Below are positions 13,851-23,980 of a stretch of DNA of 64,000 nt, one piece after another. The position numbers and the translations under genes are program-made. The notes beneath the pieces are model-generated. The model worked only from the letters and a program-made list of their open reading frames with translations. It did not search any database and was not told where the DNA came from. The stretch comes from Dicyema japonicum (lineage: Eukaryota > Animalia > Dicyemida): assembly GCA_011109175.1 (NCBI GenBank), contig RDEW01000010.1, forward strand, positions 1,206,796-1,270,795, in the 5' to 3' direction. Numbering within the stretch: position 1 is the stretch's first letter; every line of letters starts with the position of its first letter.

Positions 13851-14289
13851 ATTATTATTATTAACCCCAGGCTTACCATTGTAAGCCCAGCACAAACAGT
13901 CATAACTAACTAATCCAGAAGGAACCAAAGAGAGAACATCTGCTTGTGCCGACCAAATCCATCTTTTAATACTTTTTTACAGGTTCCGCTTCCGAAGAAA
14001 GTGGAGAAGTAGGTCCGCCCTCTTCCATTTTTTGTCCCACGTCCTACCGTCGCGGACATCACTTCATTTTTTAGCGGAATAGTTTTCATGATGCAATCTT
14101 CATCAGAGGATTTGGTCAGGGAGAAAGGTAGGGAGATCCCTTTTAACTACTGTGTCGTGCCAGAAGGATTCGTCACGGGTGGGATCTGTTTGACAAGAAT
14201 TGACCTTCGCTGAAAACTCCATCTTTCGGATTCGAACCCACAGTCTTCAGATCTGATGTCATCAGACGTTACGTTTAGACAGAAGGCCC
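13851..14289 (-). mobile_element. tRNA-derived SINE family 'A', full length (~440 bp)
   Basis: Minus-strand head GGGCC..GGTTCGAATCC (Pol III B box), unique body, 3' hairpin CTGGGCTTAC-AATG-GTAAGCCTGG and (TAA)n tail. Collinear with 53389-53835. Confidence 0.9.
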
Positions 14290-14407
14290 TTTATTATTTA
14301 TAAAAATTCAAATGTATTTATTTCAATAAATAAATAAATTAAAAATTCAAATAAATTTAATAAAATAGGTCAAATTATTTTATTTATTGATTACTCTCGT
14401 GTTTTAG

Positions 14408-16968
14408 ATGCCAAATCAACAATTCGGGGTTACAGCAAAGAGGTTTTCTTACTCATACTTAGTCGTACAGAAGTTGCACAGACATTCTATGCTTTATTCT
14501 GTTTACTCTAGTTATACTGAGTCTTGGGGGTGTTTGTATTATCGGTTTGTGACTTTTATTACGATTAGTCTCCCTTTATATGAATATCAAATGTCAGGTT
14601 TTCCCGCTAATTTTTCCGACATATTTTTCGATTGACAACGGGGGTGGATTCGATTATCCGTTGTATAACATCCATAATTGTAGAGACAAGGGGAACTCAG
14701 TACCACACGATTTGATACAGATTGTTCTAAAAGATTTTTTACTCCAACGGGGGGATGTCCAAGGTTGAAGGTATTAATGGTAATGATTTCGGGTTGGCGT
14801 GGAAACTTCCCCTCCTGAAAACATATGGGGGACACCAGATAACTTGCAAACATTCGAGTCGAATGGTTATTGTCATAATCAACCTGGCGCGGTTTTTTCT
14901 GTTAATTATTCATATTAGCCTCCACAATGCTCCCTTCACGAACTAAACACCACTCCCAGTTAGTTTTTGGAATTATCTCCAGTGTCCCCTTTACTACCTT
15001 ATACGTCACCTGTCGGTAACAACATGACAGACGAAGACTCTACACTTGTCAAAGATATCTGCAATCTCGCCGAGTGAAATTTAGTAAATAAGTAGACTTG
15101 CAGCTCACGAATATCTGAATAAGATATTTTTGGGGGGAATTGTAGCTAGCTTCCTTCACTCTAAAAACGTGGTAACTGGTGAAGTTGACAACTCTCTTAC
15201 TCTTGTTGGGAGTATCTACGGTCTCGCAAAGTAAGATTTAGTGAGACAAATAGAAACTTGTCATACAAAAATTTGGAAATGATGTTTATCTTGGGAATTG
15301 AGGACTTGTTCACCGTAAAATACGATTTGCTAATGTATGTCGTTTTTTTAATTTCTAGATTCTTCGTTGTCTCCATTTTTGTCTGATTTGTCGTTATTCT
15401 TTTACTAAGGAGGTTTGCTGGGCCTGCGATTTTCATTTCATTCATTTCAGTCATCGGTTGTCTGGGAGTAGGTTCGTAGAGCTTGTTAACTTATAGGCGC
15501 AGGGTTTTTGATCCAACAGTATGTTTACCTCAAAGGCATTGGAACTGATCCTTGGCCGGTCCCATTCACCCTAAATTTGGAATCTTATGACAAATATTAC
15601 AACATAATTCTTATGTCAGCCATTGTATTGGGACTGATTGACCTGATTTTTGTCCTCATAATTTTTGGTTGCTACAAATCAATCAGAATTCGGGCTCAGC
15701 TCATAAAGAAGAGTTCCAGGTATTGGATAGACTTCTTAAAATTAGGGCACTCTGTTATATTTTGGGAGTATTTTTGTGGGCATTAATTCCAATGGTGGGA
15801 AGAGCTATAGTTACCCTATTTTGCTTCGCCACTGCTGCGTAGCATTCCACGTGAACCTTAGGTATCTCCAAACCAGTGGAAGGCGAGTCTCCGAACATGC
15901 AAGAATGACCGCGAACTGTGATGTATCTAAAAATGTGGCGATCAACGTCATTCATCGGTTTCTCAAAAAAGTGGCATTTACGTATACTTGAATTTGTAGT
16001 TTAGATGTCGACCGTATTACTCTGTCTACATATCGATCACGTGGTTCTGGATGAGTCAGTTCATTGATGACTTTAGCACGTGCGTGCTTAGTGGCTCGTT
16101 TAGTCAATATTATTGGGGTTTAAATAAGTCTGAGGATATTTCAATGTTTCCCGTCGTTAAGTCTTTCTTCATCGTTTTGCGGTTTTCATTGCAAATTTTT
16201 ACAATTAGGTATCACCTTGGGTCCGTGGCCTTTGGGTCCTTCACTATTGCTCTGGCACATTCTTCAGAACTTGTCTGGACTACACGTCAAAACAACTGAA
16301 ATTTGCCAATAAATTTGTCAACTCAACATTCCAGTAACGATTTTGGTTAAATTTGGTAGAAGTTTCAAAAGTCGTTTTTGGTGTCTCGAAAGATTTCTCG
16401 AGTATTTCACGGAAAAGGCGTATATTCAGGTATATGAATGGTTCCCACGCGTAGATTATGATTGGCGGTAAAAATTTTTCCACGTCAGCTAAAAACGCTT
16501 TCTTCTTACACTCGAATAGTATAATCGGGTATTTTCTTAGATAAACTTGTAAACACTGTAACGATCCTTGTCGCAAAGCTCGTTGTAGTCTTCTGTATTT
16601 TGAGTTGCACGTTTTTTACGAGTAATCCACTGTCAATTAATCTAGCTTTATTATCCTACGTTTGGTTTACTTCAAGATTCGATAGCGTCAAAAGCCTCAG
16701 GGACTCCTTGGGGTTTGGACAGCGACAATTGAACTATGAGCTAATTCCAATTATTGTCCTCGTATTCGTGTGATTTTAGTTTGTTGGAATATTTTCGTTG
16801 CTTATAAGCAGATGTATGCTAAATATAGTCCAAATGGGAATATTCACGTTGTTGTCCTGCTACTGTTTGTTTCATCGTAATTTTAGTTACCGACGTCCGT
16901 GAAAATGACGGAACTGCTGAAAATCTTATTATATGAACAAAAACTTAATTAAAATTTTTAAATTTTAG
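14408..16968 (+). pseudogene. Choline transporter-like (SLC44/CTL) gene, full extent but disrupted
   Basis: Spliced motifs KRSCTDILCFILF, LLRRFAGP, IRYHLGSVAFGSF, AYIQ-IMIGGKNFSTSAKNAFF, LNYELIPII, RENDGTAEN-YYM. In-frame TGA at ~15384 where the duplicates read TGC, plus several frameshifts. Pseudogene or error-containing gene. Confidence 0.85.
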
Positions 16969-17289
16969 TTTTGATTAAATTAATTTATTATTTTATTTAA
17001 ATATTTTTGTAATAATAATTTTAACAATTTTACGTTAAAGCTGTCATGGATCTTCAGGAAACCAACAGAATCCGACAATCGTTCTCTCCACTTTGCCCAT
17101 TATGCCTTCTTGATGGCAAGAATGCAACATGATCCTATAAAACATATCTTTCAATTAAGTGTGGTTGCTCTCAAGAGCGATTTCCCTAAAGATTTTCAAG
17201 GAACTGTTCTCAATATGACGGTTCTTTCCAAAACTGTTGCTATCTCACCATCTGATCAATTTACCAAATTTTAACTAACGAATTCACAA

Positions 17290-17600
17290 CCGAGGCAATA
17301 AGCATCGACATTATCGAATCAAGTTGGAGACTGTTTGGGCACGTGCTTAGAATGGACATAAACGCCCCTGCAAATATAATAATGGACAATTACTTAATCA
17401 ATGAGAACAAACCATCATTCAGAGAAAGACCCAGAGTCACTCTACCCGTGGCTCTGAACAAGGATCTTGATGGAATTGGAAGAAAACTTAAATCTGTAGA
17501 AGACCTAGAAGATCTAAGGACAGATGCGCAAACAGAGGATGATGGAGACGCCTAGTGAACCAGATTTTGAAACGTGTGGCACAATCGGGACCTTAGTTAA
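17290..17600 (+). mobile_element. RTE-like LINE C-terminal fragment
   Basis: WRLFGHVLRMDINAPAN..FRERPRVTLPVALNKDL. Same family as 37235-37860 and 55870-56080. Confidence 0.75.
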
Positions 17601-17984
17601 TATAACGTTCTTTGGTTCTTTGAAAGTGCTTTTAATAATAATACAAGCAATAGATGGGAGGGAAGTTTATGATAGCTTTTAGGACGTTCAATTTTCGAAG
17701 ACCCTTGGTTAAGACATCCTCCGTGTGATTGGAGAACGTCATAAAGACTCGAATGTCACTCCAAGGATATCTGGATTTGCCTATAACAGATGGGAATGTT
17801 TCCGAAGAATATCTCAAGTCCACCTTTAAATACTCTGTCCGTAGCAAACAGGGTGAACTGAGACACAGAACGGATAGCTTGTCACACATCAGGAAGAGGT
17901 GAGACTGAACCACTGCCACAGTCTTGGAAGAAGATTTGTCCCTTGCAGCGATAATCAGAGAAGTCGTCACTCCCTCAAATTAGT

Positions 17985-20031
17985 ATGCTAGTTTTATTCG
18001 ATTACCCCAGTATTTCAAAATTACCTAAAGATTACGTAACTTCGAATATATATAGTTTAGCGTTCTTAAATGGAAAATGGAGGATCCACTAAAACCCGAA
18101 GAATACGTAGGAATCATGGACGAAACAGTCTGTCAATTTGTATGTTGTGCTTGTTAAACTCAGGTCAACTGGATTAGGGGATATGAAATCCAAGACACGT
18201 TATTTTCCATCAAATTCATGAATAATGTCGGTTCGATCAAAAATGAGGTCATAAAACCATTTTCATTTGCGATCCTCAAAACAGCCGAGATCATATCGCA
18301 TTTTCTCGCCAAAACAAATTCCATAAATCACGACGATGCTGAGTCCACGAGAATTGACGAGGTTTTGTCCGACGTTTATAATTCACCAGAACACAGAAAA
18401 TATCTCTAAACGCCTCCAAACGAGCATTCAAACCGCCAAGGACAAATTCGTAGTCATGAGGCTGAGCCTTGCACATAAGTTGCTTGAACTTTTCAGCGAG
18501 ATTGAGTCAAACGTCTGTTTTGTTCGAATTTTGTAGTTTCATGCCAAAATGAATGATTATAACGGATTAGACGAATTCGCCGAAGCCATCCAGCCGCTAA
18601 TAGATTCCTACGACAAGGGGATTCACGGTGTTTCCATGAAGGATTACGGATTTCACGCCAAAATCAAAAACTATAAAGACAAGAAACTGCTTTACTCCCT
18701 GAAATCCCGGGAGAATGCTTATCGCTGCCTTCAGAATATTTTCAAAACGATCACAGACATCCCCCAAAACACCGAATTTGTGGAGTTCGACGAATATCTG
18801 GTATTCTACGAACTCCTATTTCAGGGTATCTTAGAGAAGCTGTTAATAAACCCGGAAACGACGAATCTTACAATTTCCCTCCTCAAGGTTTGTCTGTACC
18901 CTGACGTAGATTAATTGGGTGGACTTGACTCCCAATCATTGTGGGTTCAAAAATACGCTGGAAATGTTCTCCAACGACTTCAACACTTTCAGGAACCTTG
19001 ATTACTTCCGAGAGTATATTTCCGCTATCAATCCCTTAGTGACCACGGAAACTTCCAAGTCAACAAATTATTGTGTGAACTCGACGAGAAGTCGCCGCTT
19101 ACATGGAGAAGGCGCTTCTAATAATGTTCCAACCCCCCGTTATGTGTTTCGACCAACTACGCCTGTTTATCATAGAAGTCAGGATCAAATTACGCAGAGT
19201 TCCTGTAAAGTAGCTAAATTTAGAAATTAATCAAATATGTCCACAAGATCTCTGCGGTGTACTCAGCCCACGGGTTACTTGACCGTCCTATGCCGCTCAT
19301 TGTGGTGCGCCAGGAAATCATTTATAATAAGCTCTCCCTCCATTTGCTACGGGTTGGAGAGAGACTTGGAGTATTCGAGAATATAATTGGCTATCAGCAT
19401 CTATTCTGGTTCGACTTGACTTATTTCGAGGATCTTGTCGAATGAGGTTTACTTGAAGGGCTCGTTTCTCGTCGACTTACAAAATCGTCATATTACAGTT
19501 AGCGAGCAACAGCCGAATTTGTACGATTTCCAGGAGAAGAGGGCCCTCTCAAAATTGTATTTTGGATTTTTCATAGTAAGGAGTGGATTTTATGTTTCAG
19601 TACCTTTACTACCTTGAATTATTGAACAACGTGAACATGGTAGTGATTTTGGAGAAAGACTTCATAGAAACTCGCTTCTCAGTCACTCTTCCATTTATCA
19701 CGACTGAGAACAACATTGCTGATAAATTGCTGGTTTCCATCAAATTTTTATTTTTGACGACCAAACGACGCTTGGAGGTGGTATTTAAGGAAGAACCCTG
19801 TGATTTGCTAAAAATGGCTTCGGATTTTGCTAACATTCCCCAAAATTTAAATGTAGCCAGAAAGTAGTTATTTATAGTCAGATCTAATCAAAATTGCTAG
19901 AAACTTTAAACTCGCCATTTTGGCGGAAATGGAAGATAAAGTACTTTGCTTGTACATTTTAGGGGCCAGATTTGAATGATATCAGGTTTATTTTTGATAA
20001 ATATTTGTACTTTACATATAAAAAAGAATAA
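17985..20031 (+). CDS. NAA35: NatC auxiliary subunit NAA35/Mak10, divergent, start uncertain
   Basis: Spliced LKPEEYVGIMDETVCQFVNWIRGYEIQDTLFSIKFM..IKPFSFAILK matches LPELIGIMD..LITWLEGHSLAQTVF..MKAFALGILK. Later LCELDEKSP, GERLGVF..LFWILS and ETRF follow in Mak10 order. One 1-nt frameshift at ~19097. Stop 20029-20031. Confidence 0.85.
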
Positions 20032-20791
20032 AGTTTTTGATTATCATTTATTTTTTGTATATAAAATTTAAAAAAATAAGACTTGCATCCTCATTTTTTT
20101 CCAGGGGTAAAAATAATAGCTATCGAGATAGACTCTAAAAATATCCAGTCTTACGCAGATCGTTAGGGACTCTTTGGATCATGGAGATATTTATTAGACT
20201 AAACTCCAAGTTGAGATGGAGGCCTTGAAAGTTGTTATTAGGTGATTAAATTCTCTGAAGAAAAGATGACTTGGGCGATTTCAAGATTTAACTCCAAGAA
20301 AAAGGAAATTAGGTGATTTCGATTTCAATGATTCTTCACATGCTTCAGCTCAGCTACTTCTTAATAAATATAAATGAATTTTTTTTATTACAAAAAATAA
20401 GTAAAGTTAAACTTGAGAGACAGTCGAAATACCATGGGTAATCCGACAAAAAGCCAGGACTTTTCATTGAGACCTTCATCACTCACTCAACTCTTAATCT
20501 TGACTCTTCTTCACCAGAGTCGCCTTCACTGGTCTCAATAGTTTTTCTTGGGCTTTATTCAACTTTGTTCCGAATTTCATAGGGAGAGGAAACATAGTGG
20601 TGCATGGCTTTTCATGCAAGGTAATTTACGTTAAATATTTTGTAAAATTACTGGTAAAAATACGTTTTTTATTAATGAAAATTAAAATCATAATTATATT
20701 AGTTCAAAGACAAAACCTAATTTAATTAAAAAATAAATAAATATTTATTTAATTTTTATATAAATTTAAATAAATTCTTAATAATATCGAA

Positions 20792-21430
20792 ATGAATCAT
20801 TTAATAGGTCAGGTCATTTTAATTTTTCAGCTCTTTCACTTGTCTAATCGTCTTCATTATTAAAGTTGAAGGGAGGACATGGATTGCCACAGACTCTTTT
20901 AATCACATTAGAGCTTTGCTGCATGTTCAATATTATTTAAAAATTCTAAAAATCAAATGAAAGCTCATTTTGGCAATAGAGCAGTTTTTAGTTTGACAGA
21001 GAAAAGCAAATCTAAAACTTTTGCAGTTTTGACCGAGAAGACTTATAAGTTAATATTTAAACTTGAGGTTGAACATAATGTAGTCAAAATAAGTCACATT
21101 ATACTCAAAAATGATACTGGTAAGTATTTAGGTTTAATTTAGCTGTATTGCTTCATAAAATGCTTAAATTGACTCATCAAGTAGGCGAATATTGTCATTG
21201 CTGTAAATTAATATTGAAGAATGATCACTGTATTCTTGTACTGAGGAATTTCAAAATTCAATTTCTAAGAAATGATGGAATTACAAGTTCACTGGGAAAG
21301 GTTTACTTTAACTAATCTTAGACGGTCAATGCGACTGTTCAGTGTCGAATCTGCCAAATAGAAAATCAATCAAAGCTCATAACGGGAAGCACAAATATAT
21401 CGTAAAAGCTAAATCTAACAACTACTAACC
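20792..21430 (+). pseudogene. Unidentified spliced, possibly secreted Cys-containing gene remnant
   Basis: ATG directly after an A/T island; GT-AG micro-introns at ~20808-20830 and 21120-21142; hydrophobic start (FTCLIVFIIKVEG); YCHCC and QCDC motifs; frames interrupted. Confidence 0.35.
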
Positions 21431-21607
21431 GTTTCGTTCCTTCATGCTAATATATGGGTTGGGAGAGTTCTAGTTAGTCGATATGAGTCTACTTGAGATA
21501 CATTAAGTTTTTTTTCTTAATCAGCTGAATTATATTTAAAATTATATTTAGGTGACTGTAAACTCGATTAGTGAAATTTGTGCTGGCAGATTTCTTAGAC
21601 ACATGGC

Positions 21608-22718
21608 CTTGAACGAAGTCGTTAGGCGAGCTTTGGACGCCGCCGAACATTCCTCCATGCTCGAACCAGTCGGTCTTTGCGGGCGTGACAAAAACGACCA
21701 GATGGGATGACAATCTTCTTTTTTGAAGCCGGGAAACCTCTTTTCTGGGACGTCAGCTGCACTGGCACTTTTTACCCTTGCAACCTACTTCAGAGTGCCT
21801 CTGGAGCTGTTCTGCCGCTGAGAGGGCTGAGAGGTTGAAACTGGCAAAGTACACGGTTCTACCCAATAATTTTTTGTTCGTGAATCCCTCAATGAATCGT
21901 ATTTCTACACGATCAGGAGACCCCCGTGTTTGTTGCTGGTTATTTAAGCGAATCTCGCTCGCTATCCTGAAAGGGAATGGCAACACAGTCGGGGGCCGCT
22001 AAATGACCATTTGCTCATTTTTTTCATATTTAAAAAAATTATGATTATTAAAAAATAATTATTTGACTAATATATAAAAACTAGGTCATGTGAATTTTCT
22101 AATAAAAACTGTCATTTAAAATATTACCTAAAAACTGTCATTTAAAGCAGTAAACAGTCAATAATTCGCGTGGCGCCTTGTGGTGCTACATGGATAGTTT
22201 GTCAAAATTATTCTCCTTCCTTCCGATGGCGTCACTGGATCCACCTTACAGAGGAGGCGCCCAATGCCTGGCCGGCATCAAGAGGGTCCAACAATTCTTC
22301 CCCGAGGACAACGTCGTTACCTGGTGACAAGTTCTGAAATGCTGGAACGAGTCAGGGTCGAGGAGATAGTTAGTTTGGTTTCTCTTGGTCTTTGGAAATA
22401 ATTACCAGGGAATTTACTGAGATTTATTATTCTCTCCAACTTTATTTGTACGTTTTACCTTAGTCAATCTACCAAAGCATCGGACAATGTCTTTATCTGT
22501 TCTCGAGCAACAGTCTAATGCCTTGCCATTGATGTATCTTTTCAATGTTTTTGGTTTATAATTCGTTTTGAGGTCATCTAATTACTGCAGATTTCTCAGA
22601 GGTCTTGAACGAAGTCGTTGAGAGGGTGAAACTGCCAAAGTACTCGGTCCTACCCAATGATTTTTGTTCGTGAATCCCCCAATGAATCGGATTTCTACAG
22701 GATCAGGACACCCCCGTG
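21608..22718. repeat. Local direct duplication: 22604-22718 is an internally deleted copy of 21608-21928
   Basis: Both begin CTTGAACGAAGTCGTT and share GAAACTG.CAAAGTAC..TTTGTTCGTGAATCCC..GATCAGGA.ACCCCCGTG; about 200 bp is missing in the second copy. Confidence 0.85.
22168..22300 (+). mobile_element. Family 'B' diverged copy
   Basis: CGCGTGGCGCC..GGTGCTAC..TGGCGTC..GATCCACC matches the other B copies. Confidence 0.65.
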
Positions 22719-22890
22719 GAAATCCTTAAAGTGGAGTGGGATCAAATGAACCTTTTTCATGCCAGTCTGGAAATAGGTGCCACCTTAGAAAGGTGGATCA
22801 CACGACGCCACTCTATAGGAAGGGGAAGAAAAAAAACAGTCAAAACAAACAGAAAACATCAAACAAACTAGCATCGTAGCACCACGGGGA
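22717..22890 (-). mobile_element. Family 'B' copy
   Basis: Aligns with ~4070-4240 (GTGGAGTGG..CCTTTTTC.TGCCAG..AGGTGGATCACA.GACGCCACTCTA..GGAAGGGGAAGA). Confidence 0.8.
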
Positions 22891-23059
22891 GATAAAAAAT
22901 GTTTCTTAGTAAAACTTTCATTATAAAAAATTATTAATAATATTAAAATTACATTTAGTACATATTTTTATTTAAAATATTAATTATAAAACATGTATCT
23001 AATCTAACACGTGATACCTTGGAAAAAATTAGGATCTACTGTGCTAGTTAGTACTGTGG

Positions 23060-23510
23060 TCTCTAAATGTGTTCATTGTCAGGTATCAAATATAGTAATT
23101 TTAGTCAAAACGATTGCTTGCAACTAAACCTGAAATTCGGCAATCATTGCTTATGCTCCAAGAGATCGGTACATTGTAGATCTTGTTGATTTACTTCGAT
23201 ATTCTTCTCAAAATGAAAACCATGGTTCTTATAGACTTTTTTTTCTTAGTTTGCTGTTGTTGAAAATGCCTTCACCAAATCTGGAAGTGAGATATCCTGA
23301 ATGCTAAAGAATTTTTTTTCTTATTGGACCGCCTACTATCCTACATACGGATGATGGCAAGGAATTCAAACATAGCACATGCAAGAGTTATGCGATAAAT
23401 TTGCCATTTCGCATGTTACAGGACGTCAACGAGCTCCTTGGATACATGGACAAGCAGAGCGGTTTTTTCTCAATAGATTTAATTAATCAATTAAAAGATG
23501 AGTTTCTTCC
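23060..23510 (+). mobile_element. Ginger-like (rve integrase-type) transposase remnant
   Basis: CVHCQ-SKRLLATKP..RDRYIVDLVDL..YSSQN..GPPTILHTDDGKEFK..LCDKFAISHVTGRQRAPWIHGQAER-FN, read across frameshifts. Confidence 0.8.
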
Positions 23511-23980
23511 ACGAGTTCATCCAAGGGAAATTTTGGAAGTTAACTATTGTTGACCAGGACGAAGAGGACGAGTTCATATTAGTCGAGCTAAAAAATGTTG
23601 ACCTTTGAAATTTTTTAAGATGTGTTTTTTTTTAAATTGGATTACTTTTTTGATTACTAACATTACTTGGGTTAGGGTTAGAGTTGATTTAAAATAGTTT
23701 AGCTTGCAGATTGCAATTTTTGAAGAAAATCGTGGTGAAATTTCTGATTATGTTTTTTTCTCACGGACGAGTCATTTTTGTTATAACTGTTATATTTGCA
23801 TCCATCGTAGTTGGCTCTCTACATCAACGTCTTGCTTTTCTAGATGAAAACAGCAATGTGGATTCTGACCTGACTTTTAATCATGAAATTTTTGTTGATT
23901 TTGACACTTGAAGTATTACGGACTCGGGGATCCATTGACTCCATAAATGCCGAAAATTAACTCATTTTAATATTTTAAAC

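Noticed and set aside
14250-14270. CTGATGA in the SINE A head as a hammerhead core
   Set aside because: It lies in a simple hairpin between the A and B boxes, with no correctly placed GAAA or cleavage triplet.
15380-19180. Stop-codon reassignment suggested by in-frame TGA/TAG/TAA
   Set aside because: Nearly all such stops fall in micro-introns or follow indels; intact genes end in TAA or TGA, and the SLC44 TGA is TGC in the duplicates.
23668-23687. TTAGGG-like telomeric repeats
   Set aside because: Only 2-3 degenerate units.
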